Shown: piece after piece, positions 40,292 to 53,336 of the stretch
How the letters are laid out: every line of letters begins with the position of its first letter
Position numbering within the stretch: position 1 is the stretch's first letter
DNA from: an uncultured Solirubrobacterales bacterium
GTDB lineage: Bacteria; Actinomycetota; Thermoleophilia; Solirubrobacterales; 70-9
NCBI GenBank assembly: GCA_963734745.1
Contig: CAVTIG010000001.1
Coordinates: forward strand, 129,571 to 193,570
Reading direction: 5' to 3'
Length of the DNA: 64,000 nucleotides
The notes under the pieces: generated by a model
Database searches by the model: none
The model's input: the letters and a program-made list of their open reading frames with translations, nothing else
What the model was told of the DNA's origin: nothing
Made by a program: the position numbers and the translations under genes

Positions 40292-41040
40292 CTACGGCGC
40301 TGTCCGCAGCGCGCGCCTGACCAGCTGGACGGCGATGAACAGCGCCAGTGCGGCGAAGGAGAGCTGGAGGACGCGCTCGGAGACGTTGTTGGCGATCTCG
40401 ACGCCGGCCAGGACGCCGATCGGGGAGAGGGCGCCGACGATGACGGCGCTGCGGAGGTCGACGTTGCCGTAGGAGCTCTGGCGGAAGGCGCCGACCAGGG
40501 CGACGATCACGATCATCAGCAGCGAGGTCGACTCGCCCTCGACCTGGGAGAGGCCGATGAAGATGGTCAGCGCGGGGACGAAGAGGACGCCGCCGCCGAC
40601 CCCGACGATGCCGCCGGTGAAGCCGCCGGCCATCGCGATCAGGGCAGCGATGAGCTCGTTCACAGGATCAGCTCGATCGCGATCCCGACCAGCAGCGCCG
40701 CGAAGAGGAGGGAGACGGCGCGCTGGGAGATGCGCTGCTGCACCGCGGTCCCCAGCACCACGCCGACGACCGCGGGCAGCGAGAGCAGCAGGGCGGTGCC
40801 GACGTGGACGTTGCCGTAGATGCCGCCCTGCGCGAGCGCGCCGAGCAGGCCGATCAGGACGATCGCCGCCAGGCTGGTCCCGGTGGCGAGCCGCTCGCCG
40901 TAGCCGAACCAGAAGATCAGCAGCGGCACGATGATCGTCCCGCCCCCGACCCCGAACAGGCCGCTGAACGCCCCGGCCGCGGTGCCGATCGCGGCGAGCT
41001 TGAGGATGGGACGGGAGGGGAGCGCCGGATCGGGGTGCAT
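40292..41040 (-). CDS. TauE/SafE-family anion exporter, read here as two overlapping half-size ORFs (40660-41040 and 40292-40663)
   Basis: Both halves carry the family repeat (GLFGVGGGTIIVPLL and GIVGVGGGVLFVPAL; YGNVH and YGNVD). The junction is a GTGA overlap. A single GG-to-G undercall (CTGGTG to CTGTG) would produce this split from one 250-aa gene. Confidence 0.75.
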
Positions 41041-41059
41041 CGCCGCGATACTAGATGCC

Positions 41060-41873
41060 GTGTCTTCCGAATCCGCCCCGGCGGGGGGCAAGCCGTGCTC
41101 GACGCGCTGCGTGCCGACCCGGCGCGGCACGGCGATCCTCACCGACGTCGACGGCACGCTGGCCCCGATCGCCCCGCGACCCGAGGATGCGGCGGTGCCG
41201 GAGAAGGCGCGAGCCATCCTCGCCGAGCTGAGCGAGCGCTACGGGCTGGTCGGCGCCATCTCCGGCCGCCGTGCGGTCGAGGCGCGGCGGCTGGTCGGGG
41301 TCGACGGGATCGCCTACGCCGGCAACCACGGGTTGGAGCTGCTGCTGCCGGGCGAGGAGGAGCCCCGGCTCGATCCCTCGCTGGAGGGCCGCGAGGACGG
41401 CGCCGCCGAGTTCGTCGCCGGCCTCGACGCCGAGGGGCTGGCGGCGCTCGGCCTGCGCCTCGAGGACAAGGGCCCGATCCAGGCCCTGCACTGGCGCGGC
41501 GCCGCGGACGAGCGGGCCGCCGAGGCCCGCGCCCGCGAGATCGCCGCGGCGGCGGGGCGCGCCGGGCTGGAGCCACGCTGGGGCCGCAAGGTGCTGGAGC
41601 TGCGCCCGGTCGGCGGCGGCGGCAAGGACGCGGCGGCGGCGGCCCTGCTCGCCACCGACGGGGTCGGCGCGGCGGTCTACGCCGGCGACGACCGCACCGA
41701 CCTCGACGCCTTCCGCCGCCTCCGCGAGCTGCGCGAGGCCGGCGAGCTGAAGGTCGCCGTCTGCGTGGGAGTCGCCTCCCCGGAAGCGCCCCCGGAGCTG
41801 ACGCGAGGAGTCCGACCTGATCGTCGACGGCCCCGCGGGCTGGCTGGAGATCCTCGAGGCCCTGGCGAGGTAG
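41060..41873 (+). CDS. otsB: trehalose-6-phosphate phosphatase; apparent frameshift near 41805, start uncertain
   Basis: HAD motifs ILTDVDGTLAPI and YAGDDRTDLDAF. The C-terminal EESDLIVDGPAGWLEILEALAR stop lies in a different frame. An alternative start (GTG 41095, VLDALRADPAR) would need one more indel. Confidence 0.7.
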
Positions 41874-41875
41874 CG

Positions 41876-42382
41876 GTGCCCTACACCGACCTCCTCCGCC
41901 TCACCGTCTTCCTGACCGGAGCCGAGGCCACGGCGCTCGGCGCGATCACCGCGATCGCCGCCGGCCGGAGCAACGACACCACCACGGTCGGGGTGGCGGC
42001 TGCCTGGTGGCTCGTCTCCCTCGCCATCGGCCTCTACCTGGGCCGCCCCGCCCGCGCCGCCGACGGAGTCCGCGACGCCCTCGCCCAGGCCCGCACGGCA
42101 ACCAGCCTCCCCTCCGAGACACCGGCCCGCATCGCCGTCGGCCGCCTCTGGCCGATCGGCCTCACCGCCCTGGCGGCCGGAGTCCTCGGCATCTTCTTTC
42201 CCGGCGTCGCGGCGATCGGCGCCGGCTACGCCCTCCTCGTCTCGCTCGCCTGGCGCACCCGCGAGGCGGCCGTCCTCGGCGTCGAGCACCGCGACGGCGT
42301 CAAGTTCTACGTGGTCCCGAACTCGGCCCTGCGACCGATCGAGCTGGTCCGCACCCCCGGCCTGCGCAGCATCCCGACCTAG
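41876..42382 (+). CDS. hypothetical integral membrane protein (168 aa)
   Basis: GTG 41876 lies 2 nt after the otsB stop. Four hydrophobic segments. No domain recognised. Confidence 0.5.
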   Translation: MPYTDLLRLTVFLTGAEATALGAITAIAAGRSNDTTTVGVAAAWWLVSLAIGLYLGRPARAADGVRDALAQARTATSLPSETPARIAVGRLWPIGLTALAAGVLGIFFPGVAAIGAGYALLVSLAWRTREAAVLGVEHRDGVKFYVVPNSALRPIELVRTPGLRSIPT

Positions 42383-42395
42383 AATCCGCCGCCCG

Positions 42396-45300
42396 ATGCC
42401 CGGCTTTCGCCCCGTCGACCCCAAGCAGTCCTTCCCCGAGCTGGAGGAGCGCGTCCTGGCGCGCTGGCGCGAGCGCGACGTCTTCCACCGCTCGCTCGCC
42501 AACCGCGAGGGCGCCGAGGTCTGGAGCTTCTACGAGGGGCCGCCGACCGCCAACGGCCGCCCCGGCTCCCACCACGTCCTCTCCCGCGTCTTCAAGGACG
42601 TCTACCCGCGCTACCGCACGATGCGCGGCTACCGCGTCCCGCGCAAGGCCGGCTGGGACTGCCACGGCCTGCCGGTCGAGCTGGAGGTCGAGAAGGAGCT
42701 GGGCATCTCCTCCAAGCAGGAGATCGAGGAGTACGGGATCGCCGAGTTCAACCGGCGCTGCCGCGAGTCGGTCTTCGAGTACGTCGAGGAGTGGAACCGG
42801 CTGACCGAGCGGATCGGCTTCTGGATCGACCTCGACGACCCCTACGTCACCCTCGACGACGACTACATCGAGTCGGTCTGGTGGTCGCTGCGCAAGCTCT
42901 GGGACGACGGGCGGCTCTACGAGGGCCACAAGGTCGTCCCCTACTGCCCGCGCTGCGGCACCGCGCTCTCCTCGCACGAGGTGGCGCTGGGCTACAAGGA
43001 CGTCGAGGACCCGTCCATATACGTGCGCTTCCCGCTGCTCGACGAGGGCGGCGGCGAGACGGGCGAGTCGCTGCTGGTCTGGACGACGACGCCGTGGACG
43101 CTGCCCGGCAACGTCGCGGTCGCGGTCGCGCCCGACGTCACCTACGTGCGGGCGCGGGTCGGCGAGCGAGACGCTGGTCCTCGCCGAGCCGCTGGTCGAG
43201 AAGGTGCTCGGCGAGGACGTCGAGGTCGCTCGACCGCTTCCCCGGCCGCGACCTGGTCGGCCGTCGCTACAAGGGCCCCGTCTTCGACGCTCACCGACCG
43301 CGGGCCGCGGCGGCTTCCCGGTCCTCGCCGGCGACTTCGTCACCACCGAGGACGGCACCGGCCTCGTCCACATCGCCCCCGCCTTCGGCGAGGACGACTA
43401 CGCGGTGGCCGCCGAGAACGGCATCTTCGACCCGACCAGCCACGGCACCCTCTACAACCCGGTCGGCCTCGACGGCAACTTCGACGACCGGGTCACCGGC
43501 TTCGCAGGGCCGCTTCGTCAAGGACCCCGAGGTGACCGCGGGCGCTGATCGCCGACCTCGACGCGCCGCGGCCTGCTCTTCCGCGAGCAGGTCTACGAGC
43601 ACGCCTACCCGCACTGCTGGCGCTGCGGCACGCCGCTCCTCTACTACGCCAAGTCGAGCTGGTACGTCGCCACCTCGCAGGCACGCGACGCAGCTGCTCG
43701 CCAACAACGAGCAGATCGGCTGGCACCCCGAGCACATCAAGCACGGCCGCTTCGGCAAGTGGCTGGAGAACAACGTCGACTGGGCGCTCTCGCGCGACCG
43801 CTACTGGGGCACGCCGCTGCCGATCTGGGAGTGCGCCGGCGAGGGCTGCGACGGGCGCTTCTGCGCCGGCTCGGTCGCCGAGCTGCGCGAGCGGGCGAGG
43901 GGCGAGGTCCCGGACGACCTCCACCGCCCCTACATCGACGAGGTGACGCTCGACTGCGAGCGCTGCGGCGGCGAGATGCGCCGGGTCGAGTCGGTGATCG
44001 ACACCTGGTACGACAGCGGCGCGATGCCCTTCGCGCAGTTCCACTACCCGTTCGAGAACGAGGAGCTGTTCGAGGAGCGCTTCCCGGCCGACTTCATCTG
44101 CGAGGCGATCGACCAGACCCGCGGCTGGTTCTACACCCTGCTCGCCGAGTCGACCCTGCTCTTCGACACCTCCAGCTACCGCAACTGCGTCTGCCTCGGC
44201 CTGATCCTCGACCCCGAGGGCCAGAAGATGTCGAAGAGCAAGGGCAACGTGGTCGAGCCCTGGGACGTGATCGGCGCCCACGGCGCCGACGCCTTCCGCT
44301 GGTACTACCTGACCGCGCAGCAGCCCTGGTCGGGCTACCGCTTCTCGGTCGAGACGGTCGGCGAGTCGGTCCGCCAGTTCCTGCTCACCCTCTGGAACAC
44401 CTACTCGTTCTGGGTCCTCTACGCGAACGCCGAGAACCTGGGCCCCGCCGACTTCGACCCCCCACACCGCTTCGCTGTTCCTTTGCCCCGAATAGCGGGG
44501 CAAAGGAACAGCGGAACGCGGGGGAGGACCTCGACCGCTGGGCGCTCTCGCGGCTGCAGGCGACGATCGCGACGGTGCGCGAGCGGATGGACGAGTTCGA
44601 CTGCACCGCCGCCGGGCGGGCGATCGCCGCCTACGTCGAGGAGCTCTCCAACTGGTACGTGCGGCTCTCGCGCCGCCGCTTCTGGGACGGCGACCGCGCC
44701 GCCTTCGCGACGCTGCGCCACTGCCTGCTGGAGACGGCGGCGCTGCTCGCCCCCTTCACCCCCTTCCTCGCCGACGAGATCCACCTCAACCTGGCCGGCG
44801 GGGAGGCGGAGGAGCTGGGCGAGCTGCCCGACTCGGTCCACCTGCGCGACTTCCCCGAGCCCGACCCGGCGCTCGCCGACCCCGAGCTGGAGGCGGCGAT
44901 GGAGGCGGTGCGGCTGCACGGTCGAGCTGGGCCGCGCCGCCCGCGCCCAGGCGAAGGCCAAGGTGCGCCAGCCGCTGCGCCGCGCCGTGATCGTCGCCAC
45001 CGACGCCGAGCGCGAGGCGATCTCGGCCCGCGCCGACCTGGTCAAGGCCGAGCTGAACGTCAAGGAGCTGGACTTCGTCTCCGAGCGAGGGCGAGCTGGT
45101 CAGCTACGCGGTCAAGCCCAACTACCGCGCGCTCGGGCCGCGCTTCGGCAACCGGATGCCGCAGGTGGCCGCCGCGGTCGAGGCGCTCGACCCGGCGCAC
45201 GTCGCCGAGGTGATGTCCGACGGCGGCGAGGTCGGGATCAACGTCGACGGCGACGACCACACGATCGGCCCCGACGACGTCACCCTCGCCCTGCAGCCGC

Positions 45301-45620
45301 TGGAGGGCTACGAGGTCGAGGCCGAGGCGGGCCACGCGGTGGCCCTCCAGCTGGAGCTCGACGACGAGCTGCGCCGCGAGGGCCTCGCCCGCGAGATCGT
45401 CCACGCGGTCCAGAACGCCCGCAAAGAGGCGGGCCTGGAGATCACCGACCGGATCGAGCTGACCCTGGGCGGCGACGAAGAGCTCCTCGCCGCCGCCCGG
45501 GAGCACGAGCCCTACCTGACCGGCGAGGTCCTCGCCACCTCGGTCGCCTACGACGCGACCGACGGCGCCGCGGCCAAGGTCGACGGCCGCGAGCTGCGGA
45601 TCGCCCTCAGCCGGGCCTGA
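42396..45620 (+). CDS. ileS: isoleucine--tRNA ligase, interrupted by about 10 apparent 1-nt frameshifts and carrying an intragenic REP-like element
   Basis: Conserved IleRS text is recoverable across three frames: [99 protein letters not shown] and the C-terminal ELRIALSRA. No in-segment nonsense codons. Confidence 0.9.
44468..44520. repeat. REP-like palindromic element inside the ileS coding sequence
   Basis: TTCGCTGTTCCTTTGCCCC (44471-44489), loop GAATAGC, GGGGCAAAGGAACAGCGGAA (44497-44516). The 5' arm lacks one C relative to its own 3' arm and to all other copies. Confidence 0.9.
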
Positions 45621-45626
45621 AACCGA

Positions 45627-45652
45627 GTCGCGCCTCCCGAAGGAGGCGCGAC
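45627..45652. terminator. hairpin between convergent ileS and trxA (probable bidirectional terminator)
   Basis: GTCGCGCCTCC / loop CGAA / GGAGGCGCGAC: a perfect 11-bp stem. Confidence 0.6.
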
Positions 45653-45677
45653 GAGGAGGTACCGGTTGTGAAGGTCG

Positions 45678-46003
45678 CTAGGCGAGCGCCGGCTCCAGCT
45701 CGGCCTCGAGGCGGCGCTTCGGCATCGCCCCGATCACCTTCTTGGCGATCGCCCCGTCCTTGAAGAGGATCAGGGTCGGGATCGAGAGCACCTCGTACTG
45801 GGCGGCGCTCTGCTGGTTCTCGTCGACGTTGAGGCTGACGATCTTCAGGTCCTCGCGCTCGGCGTCGATCTCCTCGAGGACCGGGTGGACGACGCGGCAG
45901 GGACCGCACCAGGGGCCCAGAAGTCGACGAGCACGGGACCGTCGGCTTCGAGGACCTCGGACTTGAAGGTGGCGTCTGTCACGTCGTGGAGCTTGCCTGT
46001 CAC
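45678..46003 (-). CDS. trxA: thioredoxin; apparent 1-nt frameshift inside the active-site codons (about 45918)
   Basis: GTG 46003 follows GAGGAG and opens [31 protein letters not shown]. After restoring one C in a C-run the text reads [18 protein letters not shown]...[10 protein letters not shown]... Confidence 0.85.
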
Positions 46004-46045
46004 TGGGATCGGTCTCCTCGGAGTCGAGTTTCGAGGCTCAATACT

Positions 46046-46817
46046 TCAGAAAGTATAGCGACGGCTTTCGGCGGTCGCCCCCTGCCGTTCGGCGGGCTTG
46101 CCGTTGAAGCGTAGAAGAGGGACCCGCCAGATCGCCTCGGCGACGATCGAGCGGTTCATCTTCGAGGAGCCGACCTGCCGGTCGTGGAAGACGATCGGCA
46201 CCTCGACCACGCTTGAAGCCGCGCTGGATCGCGCGGTAGGTCATCTCGACCTGGAAGGCGTAGCCGCGCGCCTGGATCGAGTCGAGGTCGATCGCCTCCA
46301 GCACCTCGCGACGGAAGCACTTGAACCCGCCCGTCAGGTCGTGGACGCCGACCCCGAGCACCAGCCGCGCGTAGGCGCTGCCGCCGCGGCTGATCGCCCG
46401 CCGCAGCGCCCCCCACTCGCCGACCCCGCCGCCGGGCACGTAGCGCGACCCGATCACCAGGTCGGCGCGGTCGGCGGCCTCCAGCAGCCGCGGCAGGTAG
46501 GCGGGATCGTGGGAGAAGTCGGAGTCCATCTCCAGCACCAGGCCGGCGCCGCCGTCCAGGGCGCGGCGGAAGCCGGCGATGTAGGCGGGGCCGAGGCCCT
46601 CCTTCTGCGGCCGGTGCAGGACGCCGACGTTCTCGTGCTCGGAGGCGAGGCGGTCGGCGATCCCGCCGGTCCCGTCCGGCGAGTTGTCGTCGACGATCAG
46701 CACCCGGGCGGAGGCGGGCAGCTTCTCGCGCACCGCCGCGACGAAGGCCTCGATGTTCCCGGCCTCGTTGTAGGTCGGCAGGATCAGCCAGGCGGGACCT
46801 GTCTCGGACTGGAGCAT
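46046..46817 (-). CDS. polyprenol monophosphomannose synthase (GT2, Ppm1-like); apparent frameshift near 46205
   Basis: LILPTYNEAGNI, IVDDNSPDGT and MDSDFSHDP. The C-terminal FKVVEVPIVFHDRQVGSSKMN lies in another frame. Confidence 0.85.
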
Positions 46818-46888
46818 CGTCCCCGATGCTATTCGGCAAGCGAAAGGGCGGTTAAAGAGGAGCCCGCCGGGGCGGCTAACTTGCAGAC

Positions 46889-47930
46889 GTGACGACCAAC
46901 GCCGAGATCGGGGCCGCGCTGGAGGAGCTGGGCACGCTGTACGAGCGCGACGGCGCCGACCGCTACCGGGTGCGCGCCTACCGCACCGCGGCGCGAGGCG
47001 ATCCGCGACTGGCCCGGATCGGTCGCCGAGCTGGCCGCCGCCGGGCGGGTGAAGGAGATCCCCGGGGTCGGCAAGACGCTCGAGCAGAAGATCCTCACTC
47101 TGCTGGAGACGGGCGACATCCCCTCGGCGGCGAAATTGCGCCAGGGATTGCCGACACCGTTGGAGGAGCTGGCGGCCTTCCGCGGCGAGCGCACCGACGA
47201 CGACCTGGTCGATATGACCGACATCCGCGGCGACCTCCACGCCCACACCACCCTCTCCGACGGCCGCAACACCCTCGAGGAGATGGCCGCGGCGGCGAAA
47301 GCGCGCGGCTACGCCTACCTGGCGCTGACCGACCACTCGGCCAGCCACGGCTTCGGCGACAACGTCACCGACGACCAGCTCTGGGAACGGATCGAGGAGA
47401 TCCGCAAGTGGAACGCGGGCAAACGCGGGTTTCGCCTCCTCGCGGGATCGGAGGTCAACATCGGCCCCGACGGCTCGCTCGACTACCCCGACGACCTGCT
47501 CGAAGCCCTGGACTGGGTGATCGCGAGCGTCCACACCTCGTTCTCGATCTCCGAGGAGCGAATGACAGCTCGCATCGTTGCCGCGATCGAGAGCCCCAAC
47601 GTCGACTGCATCGGCCACCTGACCGGGAGGCTGATCGGCAAACGCGATCCCTACGCCGTCGACGTCGAGGCGGTGATCGAGGCCGCAGCGCGCGCCGGCA
47701 CGATGTTGGAGATCAACGGCAACCCCAACCGGCGCGATCTCAAGGAAGAGCACGCCAGGCTGGCTGCCGAGGCCGGTGTCCCGATCGCCCTCAACACCGA
47801 TGCCCACGGCATCGACACCCTGGACAACATGGCTTACGCGGTCATAGTCGCCCGCGGCGCCGGCCTGACCCCCACACAGGTGGCCAATTCCCGCGATTGG
47901 CGAGACCTCTCCAAGCTCATCGCCAGATAG
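46889..47930 (+). CDS. PolX-related protein: helix-hairpin-helix N-terminus plus PHP phosphoesterase domain, no polymerase core; apparent frameshift near 46993
   Basis: GTG 46889 opens VTTNAEIGAALEELGTLYE..DRYRVRAYRTAA and VKEIPGVGKTLEQKI (HhH). PHP motifs GDLHAHTTLSDG, LALTDHS and NTDAH. About 346 aa in total. Confidence 0.8.
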
Positions 47931-47940
47931 GCTGCGGCGA

Positions 47941-48807
47941 ATGCCCGCCTACAACTTGAACGGCAAAGTCGCGCTGGTTACCGGCGCCGCGCGCGGGATC
48001 GGGTACGAGACTGCGCGGCAGCTGCATCAGCGCGGGGCGTCGGTTGCGGTGGTCGACCTCGACGCAGGCGAGGCGCGGGAGGCCGCGGAGCGGATCGGGG
48101 AGCGGGCGATCGGGATCGGCGCCGACGTCACCGACGCGGGGGCGATGCGATCCGCGGTCGCGGAGACGGTCGAGCGCTTCGGCGGTCTCGACATCGCGAT
48201 GGCGAATGCCGGCATCGCTCCCCCGACCACCACGACGATCCGCATGGTCTCCGCCGAGGAGTGGGAACGCGTAATCGACGTCAACCTGCTCGGGGTCTGG
48301 CACACGGTCCGCGCGGCGCTGCCGCAGATCGCCGAGCGCCAGGGTCACATCGTCGTCGTCTCCTCCGCCTACGCGATCGCCAATGGGATGCTGAACAGCG
48401 CCTACGCGATGGCGAAGTCGGGGGTCGAGGCCTTCGGCCGCGCACTGCGAACCGAGCTGGCGCCGCTCGGAGCGAGCGCCGGCGTCGCCTACTTCGGCTG
48501 GGTCGACACCAAACTCGTCCAGGACGCCTTTGCCCGGCCGGGCGCCGGTCGGCTGGAGGAGACCATGCCCGCCTTCCTGATGAAACGGATCACCCCCGCC
48601 GAGGCCGGGGCGTCGGTCGTGCGCGGGATCGAGGAGCGGGCGCCGCGTACCTTCGCGCCGAGATGGTGGCGATACGTGTCGGCGGTGCGCGGCCTGATCA
48701 ATCCGCTGCTCGACAGGCGGGCCGAGCGCGACCCGCGCTTCCTCGAGGCGATCCGCGACGCCGAGGCGCTGAGCGCCGGCGACGCGGCCTCAGCCGCTAC
48801 GCGTTAG
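47941..48807 (+). CDS. SDR-family oxidoreductase
   Basis: 288 aa. VTGAARGIGYE and catalytic SAYAMAKSG. Confidence 0.85.
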   Translation: MPAYNLNGKVALVTGAARGIGYETARQLHQRGASVAVVDLDAGEAREAAERIGERAIGIGADVTDAGAMRSAVAETVERFGGLDIAMANAGIAPPTTTTIRMVSAEEWERVIDVNLLGVWHTVRAALPQIAERQGHIVVVSSAYAIANGMLNSAYAMAKSGVEAFGRALRTELAPLGASAGVAYFGWVDTKLVQDAFARPGAGRLEETMPAFLMKRITPAEAGASVVRGIEERAPRTFAPRWWRYVSAVRGLINPLLDRRAERDPRFLEAIRDAEALSAGDAASAATR

Positions 48808-51700
48808 CTCTTCCAGCAGGAAGACGAAGGACTCGTACGGCGCGCCGGTGGCGCGGGTGAGGCCGATCTCGCAGGTGCGGTTGCTGGAGAGGTGGGCGTC
48901 GAAGCTGGCGGCCGCTGAGCTCCTCGGCCTGATCGCGCGTTGCGGAGGCGGTCAACTCGGGGTGGGAGATGCCGCGGTCGCCGGCGAAGCCGCAGCAGGT
49001 CGCCGACGGGGCGACGTAGACGTCGTCGGCGAGGGCGTCGGCGAGAGAGCGCGAGCCGCCCGGCGAGACCCATGTGGCGGGTCGCGCAGGTCGGGTGGAC
49101 GGTGGCCGAGCCGACCCGCTCGCCGACCTCGAGCCAGGGCAGCAGGCGGTCGTGCGCCCAGGCGACCGAGTCGACGATCTCCAGCTTGCCGAGCCGCTCG
49201 GCGTTTTCCTCGCTCAGCACCCCCTCGCCCGGGTCGACGACGCCATGGGTACAGGAGGCGGCGTCGATCACGATCGGCAACGCGCCCTCGCCGCTCCAGT
49301 CCCAGAGGCGCTCGACCATCTCGTTCGCCTTGTGGCGGTGGGCCTCGCCGAAGCCTTTCGAGCTCCAGGGCAGCCCACAGCAGGTGCCGATCACGTCGTC
49401 GGGTATCCAGACGGGCAGGCCGGCGCGACGCGAGACCTCGACCAGAGCCTCGGCGACCAGGCGACCACCGCCGATGGGCCTGAAAAGTGCGCCTATATCG
49501 TCGACTTTTCGGCCCATCGGCGGGGGGGGGCCGAAGATGCGGTTGGTGCAGGAGGGGACGTAGACGGCGGCGGCGCCCTCGTGCAGGGTCGTTGGCAGCT
49601 TCCCGGGCGCCGGCGCGGGCAACCCCCGCCCTCGCTTGGTCCGCCGCGCCAGCGGCCCGCCGAGGCGCAGGCCGGCGCGCGACGCGCCTCTCGACCACGC
49701 CCCAGCGCTTGGCGATGGCGAGCGCCGCACGCTCCGCACGCTCGGTGTGCCGCTTGGCGCGCAGCTCCTTGACCAGCTTGCCGGTGTCGATCCCGAGCGG
49801 GCAGGCGAGCTGGCAGGAGCCGTCCGCGGCGCAGGTCTCCAGCGAGTCGTACTCGTACTCCTCCAGCAGCGCCCGCTGTACGCGGCGAGCCCGCCGGCTG
49901 GCGGGCCATCTCGCGCCGCAGCACGATCCGCTGGCGCGGCGTCGTGGTCAGGTTGCGGCTCGGGCAGACCGGCTCGCAGAAGCCGCACTCGACGCAGGTG
50001 GTCGCGGACTCCTCGATCGCGCGGCGTCGTTTTCAGGTTGCGCAGGTGCGCCTCCGGGTCGCGGTTCAGCACGACGCCCGGGAGCGAGCACCCCGTCGGG
50101 GTCGGCCAGCCGCTTCACCCGCCACATCAGCTCGGTCGCCTTCTCCCCCCACTCGCGCTCCACGTAAGGGGCCATGTTGATCCCGGTGCCGTGCTCGGCC
50201 TTCAGCGAGCCGTCGTACTTGCCGACGATCAGCTCGACCAGCTTCGCCATGAAGGCCTCGTAGCGGTCGAGGTCCTCCTGCTTGGCGAAGTCGGGGGTGA
50301 GCATGAAGTGGAGGTTGCCGGCGGAGGCGTGGCCGGCGACGCCGGGCAGGAAGCCGTGCTCGCCGAGCAGCGCCTGCAGGTCGCGGGCGCCCTCGGCGAT
50401 CCGCTCCGGCGGCACGCAGACGTCCTCGACGATCAGCGACGTGCCGGGCAGCCGCAGCCGGCCGACCAGCCCGTGCAGGCCCTCGCGCACGCGCCAGGCC
50501 AGCTCGATCTCCTCGGCGTCGCGGGTGAAGGCGATCGGGCGGATCAGCTCGTGGGAGGCGAGGATCTCGTTCGCCTTCGCGACGTAGTCGTCGAGCTCCG
50601 CGTCGGTGGCGGCGCCGAACTCGACCAGGAGCACCGCCGACTCGGGCGGCAGCTCCTTCCACTCCTCGGGGGCGCCGACCATGTTCCAGGCGGCGGTGAT
50701 CAGCGCCGGGGCGACCATCAGCTCGACCGCGGTGGCGCCGCGATCGACCAGGTCGCGGACCGGGGCGACCGCCTCGTCGATGCCGGGGAAGTGGATCCAG
50801 GAGGTGGCGGTGCGGGCGGGCAGCGGCACCGTCTCGAAGACCGCCTCGGCGAGGAAGGCGAGCGTGCCCTCCGAGCCGACGATCAGGCGGCGGAAGATCT
50901 CCAGCGGCTCGTCGGCGTCGAGGAAGGCGCAGAGCCGGTAGCCGGTCGTGTTCTTGATCGCGAACTTGCGGCGGATGCGCTCGCTCAGCTCGGCGTCGGC
51001 GCGGATCTCGTCGCGGATCGCCGCGAGGCCGGCGGCCAGCTCGGGCTCCGCGGCGGCGAAGCGCTCGGCCGCGCCGGGCGCCGCGGTGTCGATCAGTCGT
51101 GCCGGAGGGCAGCACGAAGGTCATCGAGCGGACGGTCGAGTAGGAGTCGTGGACGACGCCGCAGCGCATCCCGCCCGAGTTGTTGGCGATCACCCCGCCG
51201 ACCGTGGCGATGTCGGTGCTGGCCGGGTCGGGGCCGAGCTTGCGGCCGTGCGGGGCGAGGACGCGGTTGGCGTGGCCGAGCACGGTGCCGGGCTTGACGC
51301 GGGCCAGAGCGCCGCCCTCCTCGACCGAGACGCCGCCGAAGTGGCGGCGCACGTCGACCAGGATCCCGTCGCTCTGCCCCTGGCCGTTGAGGCTGGTGCC
51401 GCCGGCGCGGAAGGTGACGGGGACGCCGCGCTCGCGGCCGTAGGCGAGGACCTTGGCGACGTCGCCGGCGTCGCGGGCCATCACCACCGCCTGCGGGAAG
51501 AGCCGGTAGGGGCTGGCGTCGGAGGCGTAGCGGACGATGTCGCTGACGCGTCCCAGCACCCGGTCGGCGCCGAGCAGCGCCTCCAGCTCGCCGCGCAGCG
51601 GCTGCGCGGCGCCGGCGGCGAGCGCGTCCGGGGCGCGGTCGGGGGCCGGCTCCGAGGGCTCCGGCGCCAGCGCCTCGACCCTGTGCTTCAGCAGCGCCAC
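48790..51700 (-). CDS. FAD-binding and Fe-S/CCG-domain oxidoreductase (GlcD-GlcF-type fusion, D-2-hydroxyacid dehydrogenase-like), at least 5 apparent frameshifts
   Basis: GTG 51700. FAD domain (FRAGGTSLNGQ, ATVGGVIANNSGG), oxidase C-domain (GSLKAEHGTGINMAPYVEREWG) and a Cys-rich C-terminal half (TCCGLPWSSKGF, DAASCTHG, CCGFAGDRG). The text is distributed over three frames. Confidence 0.8.
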
Positions 51701-51709
51701 CGGCCGCCC

Positions 51710-53322
<1,613 letters not shown>

Positions 53323-53336
53323 CTACCCCGCCTCCC

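Noticed and set aside
42383-42395. T-box leader upstream of ileS, which is common in Actinobacteria.
   Set aside because: Only 13 nt separate the upstream ORF from the ileS start. No AGGGUGGNACCGCG-like T-box sequence was seen in the preceding about 200 nt.
42396-45620. ileS as a decaying pseudogene.
   Set aside because: Every inter-shift segment is conserved IleRS sequence without nonsense codons or deletions. The resolvable shift at 44473 is a CC-to-C miscall supported by the palindrome's own symmetry. Neighbouring essential genes (trxA, ychF, fumC) show the same defect type. Sequencing error is more parsimonious, though unproven without reads.
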